Below, piece by piece: positions 39,355 to 50,579 of a DNA stretch of 64,000 nucleotides (within the stretch, counting starts at the first letter, position 1; each line of letters starts with the position of its first letter). The stretch lies in contig OY820905.2 of assembly GCA_963555755.3 (NCBI GenBank), positions 2,048,001 to 2,112,000 on the forward strand. Reading direction: 5' to 3'. The stretch is from Nitrospirales bacterium (GTDB lineage: Bacteria; Nitrospirota; Nitrospiria; Nitrospirales; UBA8639). The position numbers and the translations under genes are program-made. The notes below the pieces were generated by a model. It was not told the origin of the DNA. It saw only the letters and a list, made by a program, of their open reading frames with translations, and searched no databases.

Positions 39355-39589
39355 GAAGCCTGTCCCAGATTAGCCGAATCTACTGCGGATAGGCGGATTT
39401 GTCCAGATCTTCCAATCCTTTTCGGGGAATGTTGAACAAGGCCCCCAGCAGCGTTCTCGGGCTTGCTGGACAGCCTTTTTGAACAATCCCCGTTTTCGTT
39501 GAACAGTCCCGCTATTCGCTTCAAACAATCGAAACATCTGACTCAAATCGCCACATCCTCGCAACGATCGCTAATCTCGGACTGGCTCC
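39355..39589. mobile_element. MITE family C with a shortened nested D
   Basis: GAAGCCTGTCC...GGACTGGCTCC, TA flanks. Confidence 0.8.
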
Positions 39590-39631
39590 TAGCACTGCTA
39601 CTAATGGGAAAGACCCCAATCTTGGGGTCCT

Positions 39632-40546
39632 TTATGAGAGGTCCTCGAAATGTGTGAGACGCTTGAACTCTCGAAAGCGGGTTTCTACTTCCTTATAGTC
39701 CAGGTCGCGCAAACGGTCAAGACTAAAGGCTTCCACATTAAAGGACGCCATGACGGTTCCAAACACGATAGCTCTCCGAAGGCCAGCATCGGAAAAATCA
39801 CCAGACGCCGCCAGATGCCCCATAAATCCTCCGGCAAAGGTATCGCCGGCACCGGTTGGATCTTTTACCATCTCCAAAGGAAACGCGGGCGCGCCAAAGG
39901 TTTGCTTTTCATTAAACATGAGCACACCGTATTCACCCCGCTTAATAATAAGATGCTTGGGACCGCGTGCGAGCACGTCCTTGGCCACTTTGACCAGATT
40001 GGAATCCTGACCCAACTCTCGGGCCTCCCCATCATTGATCACGAGCACATCGACTTTTTCCAGGACCTTCCACAAGGCCTCACGCTTTCCTCCGATCCAA
40101 AAATTCATGGTATCGCAGGCCACGAGTTTTGGACGCTGCACTTGATTCAATACATCTAATTGCAACTCAGGATCGATATTGCCTAAAAACAACAAATCTG
40201 GATTTCGATAGTGATCGGGAATTTTCGGTCGAAATGTTTCAAGGACATTGAGTTGCGTATCGAGAGTTTGCGCTTCATTGAGTTGGTAGGAATATTCCCC
40301 TTTCCATCGAAAAGTCTTTCCGCTGCGGCGCTCGAGTCCAGAGATATCGATTCCCCGGCTTTTTAAAAATTCAATGTGCTTCTCGGGGAAGTCCTCGCCA
40401 ACCACGGCGATGAGATCCACCCCTGTAAAAAAACTGGCCGCGATTGAAAAATAGGTTGCCGACCCTCCCAAGACATCTTCCACTTCACCAAACGGGGTCT
40501 TGACCGTATCAAAGGCAACGGACCCCACCACTAACAATTTCCCCAT
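39632..40546 (-). CDS. PfkB family carbohydrate/nucleoside kinase
   Basis: GGSATY, DPTGAGDTFAGGF. Confidence 0.93.
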   Translation of the reverse strand: MGKLLVVGSVAFDTVKTPFGEVEDVLGGSATYFSIAASFFTGVDLIAVVGEDFPEKHIEFLKSRGIDISGLERRSGKTFRWKGEYSYQLNEAQTLDTQLNVLETFRPKIPDHYRNPDLLFLGNIDPELQLDVLNQVQRPKLVACDTMNFWIGGKREALWKVLEKVDVLVINDGEARELGQDSNLVKVAKDVLARGPKHLIIKRGEYGVLMFNEKQTFGAPAFPLEMVKDPTGAGDTFAGGFMGHLAASGDFSDAGLRRAIVFGTVMASFNVEAFSLDRLRDLDYKEVETRFREFKRLTHFEDLS

Positions 40547-40575
40547 GTCATCCACTCCTTTGTGATTTTTTCTTA

Positions 40576-40720
40576 GGGGCTGTTGAAAAAGCATGTCCTG
40601 AGTCATTTCGAAGGACCCCCCAGCGGCGTTCTCGGCCCGTTGTTGTGCTCACGTACAAGAGTACGCTCCGCGCCCCAACGGGCCTGCGGCCTTGCTGGAC
40701 GGACCTTTTTGAACAGCCCC
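40576..40720. mobile_element. MITE family D
   Basis: GGGGCTGTTGAAAAAG...CTTTTTGAACAGCCCC. Confidence 0.82.
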
Positions 40721-40783
40721 TTGTCCTGCTGGTACTTTTAGATGTTGAATGGCTTTCGCCAGATTGAGAAATTTTTGAGTTAT

Positions 40784-41665
40784 TCAACGCTTCTTCTTAG
40801 TTTTAGGCGGCAGAAATAATTGATAGCGCCGTTTGGCCAAAGCAGAAATCGCGGTTGGCGACGTCACGATAGCCTGTTGCAATGCGGTTCCACATCCACA
40901 GGTCCGTGACCCAGCCATATACTCCAGCGCTTGTACGATCACGCGTTTGGCCTGCGCCACATTGTCATGCATGATGTGCAAAATAGCTTCAACCGTCACC
41001 GATTCCTCGGTCTCATGCCAGCAATCGTAATCCGTCACTAACGCCAGCGTGGCGTAACACATTTCCGCCTCGCGCGCGAGCTTCGCCTCAGGAATATTGG
41101 TCATACCGATCACGTCCACACCCCATTGCCGATACAGCATGGACTCTGCCTTGGTGGAAAATTGAGGCCCTTCGATGCACACATAGGTGCCTCCAACATG
41201 GGTGGTCACCCCCACCTGTTTGGCCGCGCGACCAACAATCCCTGAGAGATCACTGCAGATCGGCTCGGCAAAAGCCACATGCGCGACCAGGCCTCGATCA
41301 AAAAACGTTCCCATTCGTTGACTCGTCCGGTCAACAAACTGATCCGGCAAGACGAAATGCCTCGGCTCGATATGTTCCTTCATGCTCCCAACGGCACTGA
41401 CGGAAATGATCCTGGAAATCCCAAGAGATTTGAGGGCATAGATATTGGCGCGATAGTTAATCATCGAGGGGCTGATCCGATGCCCTCGACCATGCCGCGA
41501 TAAAAACCCGACTCGTTGTCCGGCAAGTGTTCCGATCACGATAGCATCTGACGGCTTCCCAAAAGGCGTGGCTATCCGCACTTCACGAATGCGAGTCAAT
41601 CCTTCCATTTCATACAGACCACTGCCGCCAATTATGGCAATATCCGCTCGAGGTTTTACCGCCAT
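40784..41665 (-). CDS. mtnP: S-methyl-5'-thioadenosine phosphorylase
   Basis: IIGGSG, RHG.GH, NYRANI, EGPQFSTKAES, GMT, VTDYDCW. Confidence 0.95.
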   Translation of the reverse strand: MAVKPRADIAIIGGSGLYEMEGLTRIREVRIATPFGKPSDAIVIGTLAGQRVGFLSRHGRGHRISPSMINYRANIYALKSLGISRIISVSAVGSMKEHIEPRHFVLPDQFVDRTSQRMGTFFDRGLVAHVAFAEPICSDLSGIVGRAAKQVGVTTHVGGTYVCIEGPQFSTKAESMLYRQWGVDVIGMTNIPEAKLAREAEMCYATLALVTDYDCWHETEESVTVEAILHIMHDNVAQAKRVIVQALEYMAGSRTCGCGTALQQAIVTSPTAISALAKRRYQLFLPPKTKKKR

Positions 41666-41680
41666 GGCCGTTTTATCTTC

Positions 41681-42718
41681 CTATTTCGCAGTCAGGCTTG
41701 AACACGATTTTGTCTCGATGGCTCCTGTTTGTATCTGATTCAAAAACTGGCTCACTTGTCCCATAGTTCGAGTCATGATGCTGGACAACGATTCATCGGG
41801 CAACACCGTGATCCATTCGATCTGAGGTTCTTTCCGGAACCACGTCATTTGTCGTTTGGCAAAATGACGCGTATCCCGCTTGAGCCGACGCACGGCTTCA
41901 TCAAAGTCATATTCGCCTTCCAGAAAACCCGCCATTTGTCGATAGCCCAAACTTTTCATTGACGTCAGACTTCGCGCATATCCTTGAGACAGAAGCCGAC
42001 GCGTTTCTTCCACTAACCCTTTTTCGATTTCCACGTGGACTCGTTCTTCGATGCGTCGATAGAGCGCGTTTCGATCCATCGTCAACCCAAGCAGCAGGGC
42101 CGTAAAGGGTCGTTCTTGAAACCCATGTTGTTTGTGCACATGACTGGCCGGCAAACCCGTTTGTCGAAAAATTTCCAATGCACGAAGTACTTTGACTAAA
42201 TCGTTGGGATGGACCCGACGTGCCGTCTGCAGATCAACCTTCCCAAGCTCCTGATACAACGCAGCAAGCCCTCGTTCTTGCGCCTCTTGTTCTAATTGAC
42301 GGCGCAGGGTCCAATCCACCGGAGGCCCAGGCCAAAGCCCTCGCAACACGGCACGAACGTACAGCCCCGTTCCTCCCACCACAAGGGGAATACGATGTTC
42401 CTGATGAAGCCGATCAATTTCAGCAACCGCGTGACGACGATATTCTCCCACATTGAAAGGCTCGTCAGGGTTCACTAAATCGATGAGGCGATGCGCAACT
42501 TCTCGCCGTTCTTGCAAAGACGGCTTATCCGTTCCGATATCCATCCCTCGATAGACTTGCGTGGAATCAGCCGTGAGCACCTCTGTGCCCAACCGCTTAG
42601 CCACTTCGATGGCCACCCGGCTTTTGCCAATCGCCGTAGGGCCCACCAATACAATCAATGGACGCTTGGAGGTATCAAAAGCACGAACCGGGTTATCATG
42701 TATAGGGTGTTCAGTCAT
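41681..42718 (-). CDS. miaA: tRNA dimethylallyltransferase
   Basis: GPTAIGKS, DSTQVYRGMDIGTDKP, VGGTGLY, AKRQMTW. Confidence 0.96.
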   Translation of the reverse strand: MTEHPIHDNPVRAFDTSKRPLIVLVGPTAIGKSRVAIEVAKRLGTEVLTADSTQVYRGMDIGTDKPSLQERREVAHRLIDLVNPDEPFNVGEYRRHAVAEIDRLHQEHRIPLVVGGTGLYVRAVLRGLWPGPPVDWTLRRQLEQEAQERGLAALYQELGKVDLQTARRVHPNDLVKVLRALEIFRQTGLPASHVHKQHGFQERPFTALLLGLTMDRNALYRRIEERVHVEIEKGLVEETRRLLSQGYARSLTSMKSLGYRQMAGFLEGEYDFDEAVRRLKRDTRHFAKRQMTWFRKEPQIEWITVLPDESLSSIMTRTMGQVSQFLNQIQTGAIETKSCSSLTAK

Positions 42719-42722
42719 CCTG

Positions 42723-44555
42723 CTATATCCGTCGAAAAATTCGGTGTAATTCTTCCATGGAAAACCGCATCGTGACCCGCCGCCCATGAGGACAGGTCAT
42801 GGGAAACCCTTCCTTGACCCAATCTTCCAACACCAACTTCATTTCCGGTTCGGCCATGGCACGCCCGGCTTGAACCGCACCTTGGCAAGCCATTGAGGCT
42901 AAAATGGGCCGAATGCGCTTTTCAATGGAGTCCAGAGATTTCCATTCGGTCAGGTCATCGACCAAATCTTGCACGAGCGCGGCATAATCCATTTGCCCTA
43001 GCACGGCTGGCACGGATCGCAGGACAAAGGCCGATTCGCCAAAGGGCTCCATTTCTAATCCCAAACTCGCCAGCTCTGGTAAAGCCGATTGCAACAAAGC
43101 CGCCGTGTGCGGTTGAACGTCAACCGACTCGGGGATCAACAACACTTGCGATTGAACCTTCTTCTCTAACCAGCTCCGCCACAGCCGTTCAAACAGCACA
43201 CGTTCGTGTACCGTGTGCTGATCCACCACATGGAACTCCTCACCCACCTGAGCCACAATATAGGTAAGACTCATTTGGCCAAGAACTCGAACCGTGTAAT
43301 CAGGATCGAGGACATAGGAAGCCCTCGCCTCATGCGCCACGCCGTCTTCATGGTTGTCCTGTGAAAATAGTTGGACCACATTCTTGGATGCACCACTTGA
43401 TGTCGCCATCTCACCGCTAGATTGGTCCCGATCAACGGAACTCCCTCCCTTCGCATCCTGGCCGGAGAACCCTCGTTGATCAACAAACGATTTCGGTTGA
43501 TGAGTCCACCCTTTCTCCTGAATGTGAAGATCATCCACCGGCAGCATCGCAGACTTTCGCTGAAGCTGACGTCTCACTGCTTCCTTCACCACCCGATGCA
43601 CGACATCGGGCGCAGAGAACTTCACTTCTCGTTTGGACGGATGCACATTCACATCAACTTCCCTTGGATCAATTTCTAGGAGAATCGCAAAGACCGGATG
43701 CCGACCTTTTGGCAAGAACGACCCGTAGGCTTCATACATCGCATGTGAGATAGTGGAATTTTTTATCGATCGGCCGTTCACAAATATTTCCTGCGGTGTG
43801 CGACTCGTTCGAGTGTGGTAGGGATGAATGGCGATGCCCTGTACCGTGACCGCACCACGCTCAAACTCGATGGGCAGCATGAGATCCATCAACTTGGTCC
43901 CATAGAGTTGAAGCAGGCGATCTTGCAACGACCCCACCGCCGGAAAATCGAACACCACATGGTTATTATGCGTCAACCGAAAGTGAGTCGAAGGGCGGGC
44001 CAGGGCTGCTTGTTGCACCACATGGCACATGTGCGAGAACTCCGTGGCGGTTGATTTGAGAAACTTTTGGCGGCCCGGGGTATTGAAGAACAATTCCTTG
44101 ATTTCGATTCGTGTCCCAGGAGAAGAAGCATGATCTTCGACAGAAGACACGGGGCCGCCATCGGCGATAAGCAGAGTGCCAACCGACTCGTCCTTTTTGG
44201 CCGTAACCAATCGAAACTTGGAGACTGAGACAATACTGGGCAAAGCTTCACCACGAAAACCAAAGGTCGAAATGGACAACAAATCTTCGATACTCGATAG
44301 CTTGCTCGTCGCAAACCGTTGGCACGCCATTTGGGCATCAGCCCGCGTCATCCCTTCGCCGTCGTCAGTCACCCGAATCAGACGTTTCCCCCCTTCGACC
44401 ACATCAACCATGATCATTGAGCTGCCCGCATCCAGACTATTGTCAATCAGTTCCTTCACCACTGATGCAGGCCGATCGACAATTTCACCCGCAGCAATCT
44501 GACAAGAGATGGATTCAGGCAAGATTCGGATTGTTTTTTCAGGCGGCATAGTCAC
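42723..44555 (-). CDS. mutL: DNA mismatch repair protein MutL
   Basis: IAAGE, VKELIDN, GFRGEAL, DVNVHPSK, DQHTVHER, CPHGR. Confidence 0.96.
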   Translation of the reverse strand: MTMPPEKTIRILPESISCQIAAGEIVDRPASVVKELIDNSLDAGSSMIMVDVVEGGKRLIRVTDDGEGMTRADAQMACQRFATSKLSSIEDLLSISTFGFRGEALPSIVSVSKFRLVTAKKDESVGTLLIADGGPVSSVEDHASSPGTRIEIKELFFNTPGRQKFLKSTATEFSHMCHVVQQAALARPSTHFRLTHNNHVVFDFPAVGSLQDRLLQLYGTKLMDLMLPIEFERGAVTVQGIAIHPYHTRTSRTPQEIFVNGRSIKNSTISHAMYEAYGSFLPKGRHPVFAILLEIDPREVDVNVHPSKREVKFSAPDVVHRVVKEAVRRQLQRKSAMLPVDDLHIQEKGWTHQPKSFVDQRGFSGQDAKGGSSVDRDQSSGEMATSSGASKNVVQLFSQDNHEDGVAHEARASYVLDPDYTVRVLGQMSLTYIVAQVGEEFHVVDQHTVHERVLFERLWRSWLEKKVQSQVLLIPESVDVQPHTAALLQSALPELASLGLEMEPFGESAFVLRSVPAVLGQMDYAALVQDLVDDLTEWKSLDSIEKRIRPILASMACQGAVQAGRAMAEPEMKLVLEDWVKEGFPMTCPHGRRVTMRFSMEELHRIFRRI

Positions 44556-44706
44556 ACATTCTCAGAACCATTCAAGCGAAACGACCTATCGTAATAAAAG
44601 AGGGGAGGGTTTGGAAAGGGCTGCGATGGAGCCTGTCGAATAATAGGCAAATCTTTATAAAGCCATTCACATGTGACCCCTCTTACTGAAACACAAAAAG
44701 CAGGAA

Positions 44707-44827
44707 GGAATTGTTCAAAAAGGTGCGCTCAGCAAGGCCGCAGGCCCTTTGGCGCGCGGAGCGTACGTCAGTACGTGAGCACGACAAAGGGCCGAGAACG
44801 CCGCTGACGCCCTTTTTCAACATTCCC
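44707..44827. mobile_element. MITE family D
   Basis: TGTTCAAAAAG...TTTTTCAACATTCC; abuts the cpoB stop. Confidence 0.8.
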
Positions 44828-45394
44828 TCAGGGAATTCGTTTGAGACGGCGCCGGGCCAATTCCGCTTCAGGAGACCCGCGAAAGCCTGTGATGAGTTCA
44901 CGCCAGAATGCTTTGGCCTTGTGAGGCTGACCAGTTTTCTCGTAGATTTTCCCCAATTTAAATAAGGCGGTCGGCACCTGGCGGCTTGTCCTGTGCTGCT
45001 CAATGAGAGTTGTCAACGCACGTGCGGCTTCTTTGAGATTACCCTGTTGGTCATAACATTCGCCAATATAATAATAGGCTTCCGCCGCGAATGAACTCTC
45101 GGGGAAATCTTCTACCACTTGCTGAAATTCTGAAAGCGCTAAATCGTAATGTCCTTTCAGATAGTCTTGGTAGGCGAAATGAAAAGCCTGACTCGGTTTC
45201 ACTCGCTCAGAGACGGCCAGAGGCTTACTTGGGGCAGACGACCCCAAACCGGGTTCAGCCAACACATCCAACGCCACCATGGGGAAACACACCCAGATAA
45301 GAAACAGCCACAACACATGTCCCACAACAATGTTCACGCGATGAGTTGGAGGCCTTCCCGATTGATAGGGTCCGTCACGGAATAACCGGGACAA
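44828..45394 (-). CDS. cpoB: Tol-Pal associated TPR protein (CpoB/YbgF TPR part); start uncertain
   Basis: AYQDYLKGHYDLA..F...FP.S..A..A.Y.IGEC; located in the tol cluster. Confidence 0.8.
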   Translation of the reverse strand: MSRLFRDGPYQSGRPPTHRVNIVVGHVLWLFLIWVCFPMVALDVLAEPGLGSSAPSKPLAVSERVKPSQAFHFAYQDYLKGHYDLALSEFQQVVEDFPESSFAAEAYYYIGECYDQQGNLKEAARALTTLIEQHRTSRQVPTALFKLGKIYEKTGQPHKAKAFWRELITGFRGSPEAELARRRLKRIP

Positions 45395-45398
45395 ACCC

Positions 45399-47210
45399 TT
45401 AGGGCGTAGAGGTAGTGGGGCTCGACGAAGATTGGAGTTGTCGCACTTGTTGAGCCAACTCAGCTAATTGCCCTTCATGTTCATCAACTTTATTCCCCAG
45501 CTTGGTGCCGATATTATTCACGACTCCTTTGAGTTGACCCAGGGCCGTCGTCACTTGGTTTAACTGCTGCACATTGGCAAACAATTCTTGGTTCAGCCTT
45601 TGGGAGGAAACCGAATTGTTTGCTGTCTCGGTGAGGCGCCGCTCCTGTTCGGCCAGACGAACGACCTGATCATCCAGCCTCGACGATAATGAGGTTTTGA
45701 CTTGATCAAGCGTGGTGACCACGGATTGCACACTGGTGGTGACCTCGTTTACATGTGACGAAAGGGCTTGCACGTTGGCCTCCAGCTGAGTTGAACCTGA
45801 GGATTGTACCTGCTTCATTTGATCCAATTGCGCGGTCAATGTCCCAATGTGTTGCATCTGGTCATCACTGCGGTTCCCGAGCATTCCCGCCATCGAATCC
45901 AACACCTCTCGCATGTTCACAACCGACTGATTGAGATCCTTCACATGCTTATCCTGTGCAGCCACCTGGGCTTGTACCTGCTTCACATCACCATGGTTAG
46001 TGTTTTCCAACTTTTGGATCAGGTCTTCCAGTTTTTTTGAATATTGAGTCGCGCGGGTTTTTTCTGCCTCAACAGCTTGAGCCATGGATTGCAAGCTGGT
46101 CCGGATATCTTTGTCCAAATACCCACGAAGCGCTTTCGTATCGGCATCAAGTTTTTTGGATAGGGCGGCGTACTGGCCTTGTAATTGTTTCAATTGCCCA
46201 CCGGATTGCTCAAGGGTTTGCGCCTGCGCATCAACTTTGGACCCCAGTTGAGCGCCGACTTTATCTAGCCCATTTCTGAGCTGGGTCAATGACTTCGTGA
46301 GATTTTCAAGATTTTGGTGAGTCCCCACATCTTGCTGTTTGAGCGAGGCCAACTCCGTTCCAACTTTGGAGTTCAAATCGGAGAGCAAGGCCGCTTGGCT
46401 TTTGAATTTCGCGCCCTGCTTATCCAGTTGTGTGCCCAAAGAGACATTCATCTTTTGCAAGGTTTTCGCGACAGAACTGATGCTGGTTTTCACATCGGTC
46501 TCCAAATACTGCTTGAGCATGTTGGTGTCCGAATCCAATTTGACTTGAAGGGCAGTTTGCTGTGCTTCAAGATCGTTTTTCATATTGGTCTCGGCGGTCA
46601 TAGCTCGCGTGCTCTCGGCAACCACACGTGTATCAATCCCGGCTAGTGCATCTTTAAACTCCACCAATGACGCTCGAAATCCTGCCATGTGTTTACTCAG
46701 GGTCTTACCTTGTTGATCAAATTCCTTTTCGACATTTTCACCCAGCGTGGCGATTTGGGTCGCGCGCGCTTGATCACGGTGGTCCAAATCAGCCTTGAGG
46801 TCATCGACTACCCGTTCGAGACGTTGCAGTCGATGCGACTCTGTTTCCAAGTCGCCACTTAATTGCGGAAGATTTTCTTCGCGAAGGCTCCGCAATTCGC
46901 TATTAAATTGCGCGCGCGCGCGCACTAGTTCCGCCACTTCGAATTTTTGTTTGGCCAAGACCTTCTTCGATTCCTGGATGGCGTGATTGGCTTGAGCCAG
47001 GGTTGCTTCCAAGGCTATTTTGTCCTGGTCAATCTTGGCAATTTTGGCCTCAAACTTTTGTTGAATGCGAACGAGATCTGCTTGTTGTGCCATGCAGGAC
47101 GACAAACTCAGTACCAAGGGCCCTACCAGAATCACCTTCATAAGGCGATGTGTATACGTCTGAAGCTTCCTGATTTTTTGGGAAAACACGTGATCATCTC
47201 TTTCTATCAT
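45399..47210 (-). CDS. Long coiled-coil lipoprotein in the tol cluster
   Basis: Lipobox-like LSSC followed by more than 500 aa of heptad-rich sequence. Confidence 0.8.
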   Translation of the reverse strand: MIERDDHVFSQKIRKLQTYTHRLMKVILVGPLVLSLSSCMAQQADLVRIQQKFEAKIAKIDQDKIALEATLAQANHAIQESKKVLAKQKFEVAELVRARAQFNSELRSLREENLPQLSGDLETESHRLQRLERVVDDLKADLDHRDQARATQIATLGENVEKEFDQQGKTLSKHMAGFRASLVEFKDALAGIDTRVVAESTRAMTAETNMKNDLEAQQTALQVKLDSDTNMLKQYLETDVKTSISSVAKTLQKMNVSLGTQLDKQGAKFKSQAALLSDLNSKVGTELASLKQQDVGTHQNLENLTKSLTQLRNGLDKVGAQLGSKVDAQAQTLEQSGGQLKQLQGQYAALSKKLDADTKALRGYLDKDIRTSLQSMAQAVEAEKTRATQYSKKLEDLIQKLENTNHGDVKQVQAQVAAQDKHVKDLNQSVVNMREVLDSMAGMLGNRSDDQMQHIGTLTAQLDQMKQVQSSGSTQLEANVQALSSHVNEVTTSVQSVVTTLDQVKTSLSSRLDDQVVRLAEQERRLTETANNSVSSQRLNQELFANVQQLNQVTTALGQLKGVVNNIGTKLGNKVDEHEGQLAELAQQVRQLQSSSSPTTSTP

Positions 47211-47304
47211 GTTGCGGTCTCCTCATGCTTACCCGACTTAGGAAAAAATTTAAGGGCACGATTCACGACCATTTGGTATACGTCAGGCAGGGCGAAAGGA
47301 AGCG

Positions 47305-48642
47305 TTATAATGGCGACCATGAAGGAGAACTATGATGCCGTCCCCCGGAGGTCAATTGTTCCAACCCGGTTCCATCCATATTCACCATAAAAATATGACT
47401 CTTGCCACCCCTCGTAGAACTAAAGACCAGGTGTCGGCCATCTGGAGCCCAGGAAGGCGAATCATCAATTTCATTATTGGGGCCTGAAGTAATCTGCACG
47501 CGCTGTTGTCCATCAGGAGTCATCCGGCACAATTTGAACCCCATCTTGGGCAAGTGACAGACATACACGATCCAATCCCCCCGTGGAGACCAGGCGGGGG
47601 CGGCATTATACCTTCCTTCAAACGTCAGACGGCGAACGTTGGAGCCATCCGCGCTCATCACATAGATTTGAGGACGCCCTCCCCGATCCGAGGTAAACGC
47701 GATCTCTCTTCCGTTGGGAGACCAGGTTGGCGAGAGATCGGCGCTCCGGTCAAACGTCAATTTAATCTCTTTCTGTGTGGCCAGATCCAGGGTGTAAATA
47801 TCTGAATTCCCATCAGCTGCTGATGCAAAGGCGACCAATTTCCCATTGGGAGAATATGCCGGAGTAATATTAAGGCTTTGGGCCCTCACTAAGATTTTCT
47901 TGGATCCGGATGCCAGATGGAGTTGAACGATTTCCTGGTTATTTTTTCGGTAGGTGGTATACACCACCGATCGCTGGTCCGGGGACCAGGCCGGCATTAA
48001 ACTCAGCCGGCGATCAGCCGTCACCCGCTTTGGCCCAAATCCGTCATAATCCATCACATAGAGATCTCGATTGCCACTGGCATCCTGAGAGACATAGACT
48101 ATTTTGGTCTTGGCAATACCCGGATCACCCGTGTAGCGCGATACCAATTCATCCGCCCACCGATGGACCATGAGTCGGAGTAATTTGAGGGTAATCGGCC
48201 CACCCACGTATCGTTTCCCCATAGCCAAGTTTTCATTGCCCCCATCGTAGGCGCAGGCTTCCATTACCAATTTGCTATTTTTCCGACCAATCCGTCCCCA
48301 GCTCGACACGGTGGCGCCGCTCTCTTTGGCTTTGCCTAATGGCTCAACGCCTTGACAATGGGAATGGGAAAATTCCAAAGCTGGCATCGGCTCATCCACA
48401 ACCTCGAAGACCTGGGACCGGGTCAAATCCGCTTTGAGAATATCAGCCATCTGGGTGCCAATTGGGTTATCGGCATTTGCCCCCGCTTTCCCATCGCCAA
48501 ATCCCATGACCCAAATCGGGATCTTTTGAAATTCCGAGCGTTTCGTTTCTAAAAACACATCGGCGGCATTTGATTCAAACAGCACCAACCCACTCACACC
48601 CAAAAGAGCAATGAATGCCAAGAAACCACGTTGTGTGAGCAT
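47305..48642 (-). CDS. tolB: Tol-Pal beta-propeller protein TolB
   Basis: Repeated P.WSPDG propeller motifs, FTSDRGGRPQIY. Confidence 0.95.
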   Translation of the reverse strand: MLTQRGFLAFIALLGVSGLVLFESNAADVFLETKRSEFQKIPIWVMGFGDGKAGANADNPIGTQMADILKADLTRSQVFEVVDEPMPALEFSHSHCQGVEPLGKAKESGATVSSWGRIGRKNSKLVMEACAYDGGNENLAMGKRYVGGPITLKLLRLMVHRWADELVSRYTGDPGIAKTKIVYVSQDASGNRDLYVMDYDGFGPKRVTADRRLSLMPAWSPDQRSVVYTTYRKNNQEIVQLHLASGSKKILVRAQSLNITPAYSPNGKLVAFASAADGNSDIYTLDLATQKEIKLTFDRSADLSPTWSPNGREIAFTSDRGGRPQIYVMSADGSNVRRLTFEGRYNAAPAWSPRGDWIVYVCHLPKMGFKLCRMTPDGQQRVQITSGPNNEIDDSPSWAPDGRHLVFSSTRGGKSHIFMVNMDGTGLEQLTSGGRHHSSPSWSPL

Positions 48643-48644
48643 TG

Positions 48645-50117
48645 TTAAGAATCCAGGTTAACGGTAAACTGAAATTGGATATCGTAAAACGGCTCAGGCA
48701 TATCGGAGGCAAACGGCGGTAAGGGTGTCGCATTCAACACTGCCCGTTTGGCTGCTACATCATGATACTCATTTCCCGATGATTGTTCGATAGCCAAATT
48801 CCTCACCCCACCCTGGCGTTCAATTCGAAATGTTAATATCACTCGAAGTGGCCTACCTGAACGAATGTCCACCTGAGGAGCGATCCACTCTCGATCGATT
48901 TTAGACCAGACACGCCCCCAATACGCATTGCCTTCGGAGGAAGAGCCGGAGACTTGAAAGGTCGTGGTGGTATTTTGCATCCCGCTATCCGTGGGCGTCG
49001 ACAAGATGTGATGCGCTTCAGGAACCTGAACCTCCGGAATAATCAGGTTGGCAATTTTCTGGTCTAACGCATTTGGCTGTTCCGTTTCAGGAGGAACCAC
49101 TGCCAACTTCTTAGGCTTCAACTTGGCCGGATCAACGGCCGCTAACTTTGGGGCATCCGAAGGAATGACGATGCCGGCGAGTTCTTGGCGTGGTATGGGT
49201 TGACTGTCCCGAACCGGTGGAATCGGCTCGGGAACGACCTGCATTTTCTTGGTTGGAGGAACATTAAATTTTCTCACCTCAGGCACCACCACCGATTGGA
49301 GAATGTGTTTCATGGAATCCGCCACCCGGTTTTGAGGGCGCGGCTTTGGTTGAAGCTCGGCGGGATTCGGCACTGGGGTCACCTTTTCCATTTGTGGCGC
49401 CTGACCAGGGATCGTAATTTTCGGAGATGTCACGGCCGTGCCCTGGGATTTGGGAGATATTGGTTCCGACTTCGGCGTCACAGGTGAAGGAATCCTAGCC
49501 TTCGGTGTCTGGGTTTTTTGAGGGATAGACACGGACTGAACCGCCTGTCTCAAGGTTTCCGCCAGTGAACTGATGGAGGGTGCTGAGGGAGCCGGCGTCA
49601 CGCGGTCAGGCAAAGCTTTCCGGGTAGAAAGTTGCGGGGCTTGCGGAATGACCGGCATCGGGATCGCTTGGCTTTCATCATCGTTTCTCACAGGTTGAGC
49701 CGGTAATAAGGTCACAGCAGGGGCGTTCTCAATCGGAGCCATTTCTCTGGATTGTGGAACGACCACTCCCTCAACGGCATCAACAATCGATTGCGTCACG
49801 CGCTCGGTTTGAATAGGCGAGGGCGGGGGCGGCACCGTAGCCTTCCCTACGGTCGCCGGTTCTTTGCTGGGTGGAGCCACTCTGGGCTCGGGAAGCGTCA
49901 CCAGATCAACGTGGTAGGAAGCTAATGGTTGCTGAAGAGTCGGAGCAAATCTCACACTCATGAGGCCCAATAGGAGAAGGGCATGCACCAACAATGAGGT
50001 CGCCAGCATTCGCGTAAGTCGGCTATCCACCTGCGCGGATGAATCAGCCAATTGCAGCGTGATGAGATTAGCATGGCCGGCATAGGACATAACATCTTGC
50101 GCTTCCATCGCGCCCAC
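48645..50117 (-). CDS. TolA/TonB-like energy transducer
   Basis: Single TM with S...H, Pro-rich linker, C-terminal SSGN...D.AA.RAV..A.PLPP. Confidence 0.88.
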   Translation of the reverse strand: MGAMEAQDVMSYAGHANLITLQLADSSAQVDSRLTRMLATSLLVHALLLLGLMSVRFAPTLQQPLASYHVDLVTLPEPRVAPPSKEPATVGKATVPPPPSPIQTERVTQSIVDAVEGVVVPQSREMAPIENAPAVTLLPAQPVRNDDESQAIPMPVIPQAPQLSTRKALPDRVTPAPSAPSISSLAETLRQAVQSVSIPQKTQTPKARIPSPVTPKSEPISPKSQGTAVTSPKITIPGQAPQMEKVTPVPNPAELQPKPRPQNRVADSMKHILQSVVVPEVRKFNVPPTKKMQVVPEPIPPVRDSQPIPRQELAGIVIPSDAPKLAAVDPAKLKPKKLAVVPPETEQPNALDQKIANLIIPEVQVPEAHHILSTPTDSGMQNTTTTFQVSGSSSEGNAYWGRVWSKIDREWIAPQVDIRSGRPLRVILTFRIERQGGVRNLAIEQSSGNEYHDVAAKRAVLNATPLPPFASDMPEPFYDIQFQFTVNLDS

Positions 50118-50144
50118 AGATCAGTCTAAGTCTTGGGAAAAATT

Positions 50145-50579
50145 CTAGAAGACCTCAACGGATTCTTCCTCGACTTTCGCCCCTTTCAGACTGGTCACCA
50201 TTCCCAAGCGTTCGATACCCGCTTGTTTCACTTCATCCATCACCTGAACAATTCGGCCATAGGAAATTTTACTGTCGGCGCGCAGATACACCGACACCAT
50301 CGGATTCGTGGCTTTCGCTTCATGCAGTCGTTTGCGCAGACTGAAAATCGTGACGCGATTCTTTCCGATATAGATGGCTTTGTCAGGTTCTATGGAAATA
50401 ATGAGACGTTCGTCCGGGGTGATGGTATTAGAGGAGGAACTGGGGAGGGTGATGTCGATGCCTCGATGAAGCATGGGCGCCGTCACCATAAAGATCACCA
50501 ACAACACCAGCATGACATCCACCAGCGGGATAATGTTAATCTCGGACAAAAAACGGCGGTGGCGGGATTCATATATCAC
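50145..50579 (-). CDS. tolR: TolR/ExbD protein
   Basis: [26 protein letters not shown]. Confidence 0.92.
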   Translation of the reverse strand: MIYESRHRRFLSEINIIPLVDVMLVLLVIFMVTAPMLHRGIDITLPSSSSNTITPDERLIISIEPDKAIYIGKNRVTIFSLRKRLHEAKATNPMVSVYLRADSKISYGRIVQVMDEVKQAGIERLGMVTSLKGAKVEEESVEVF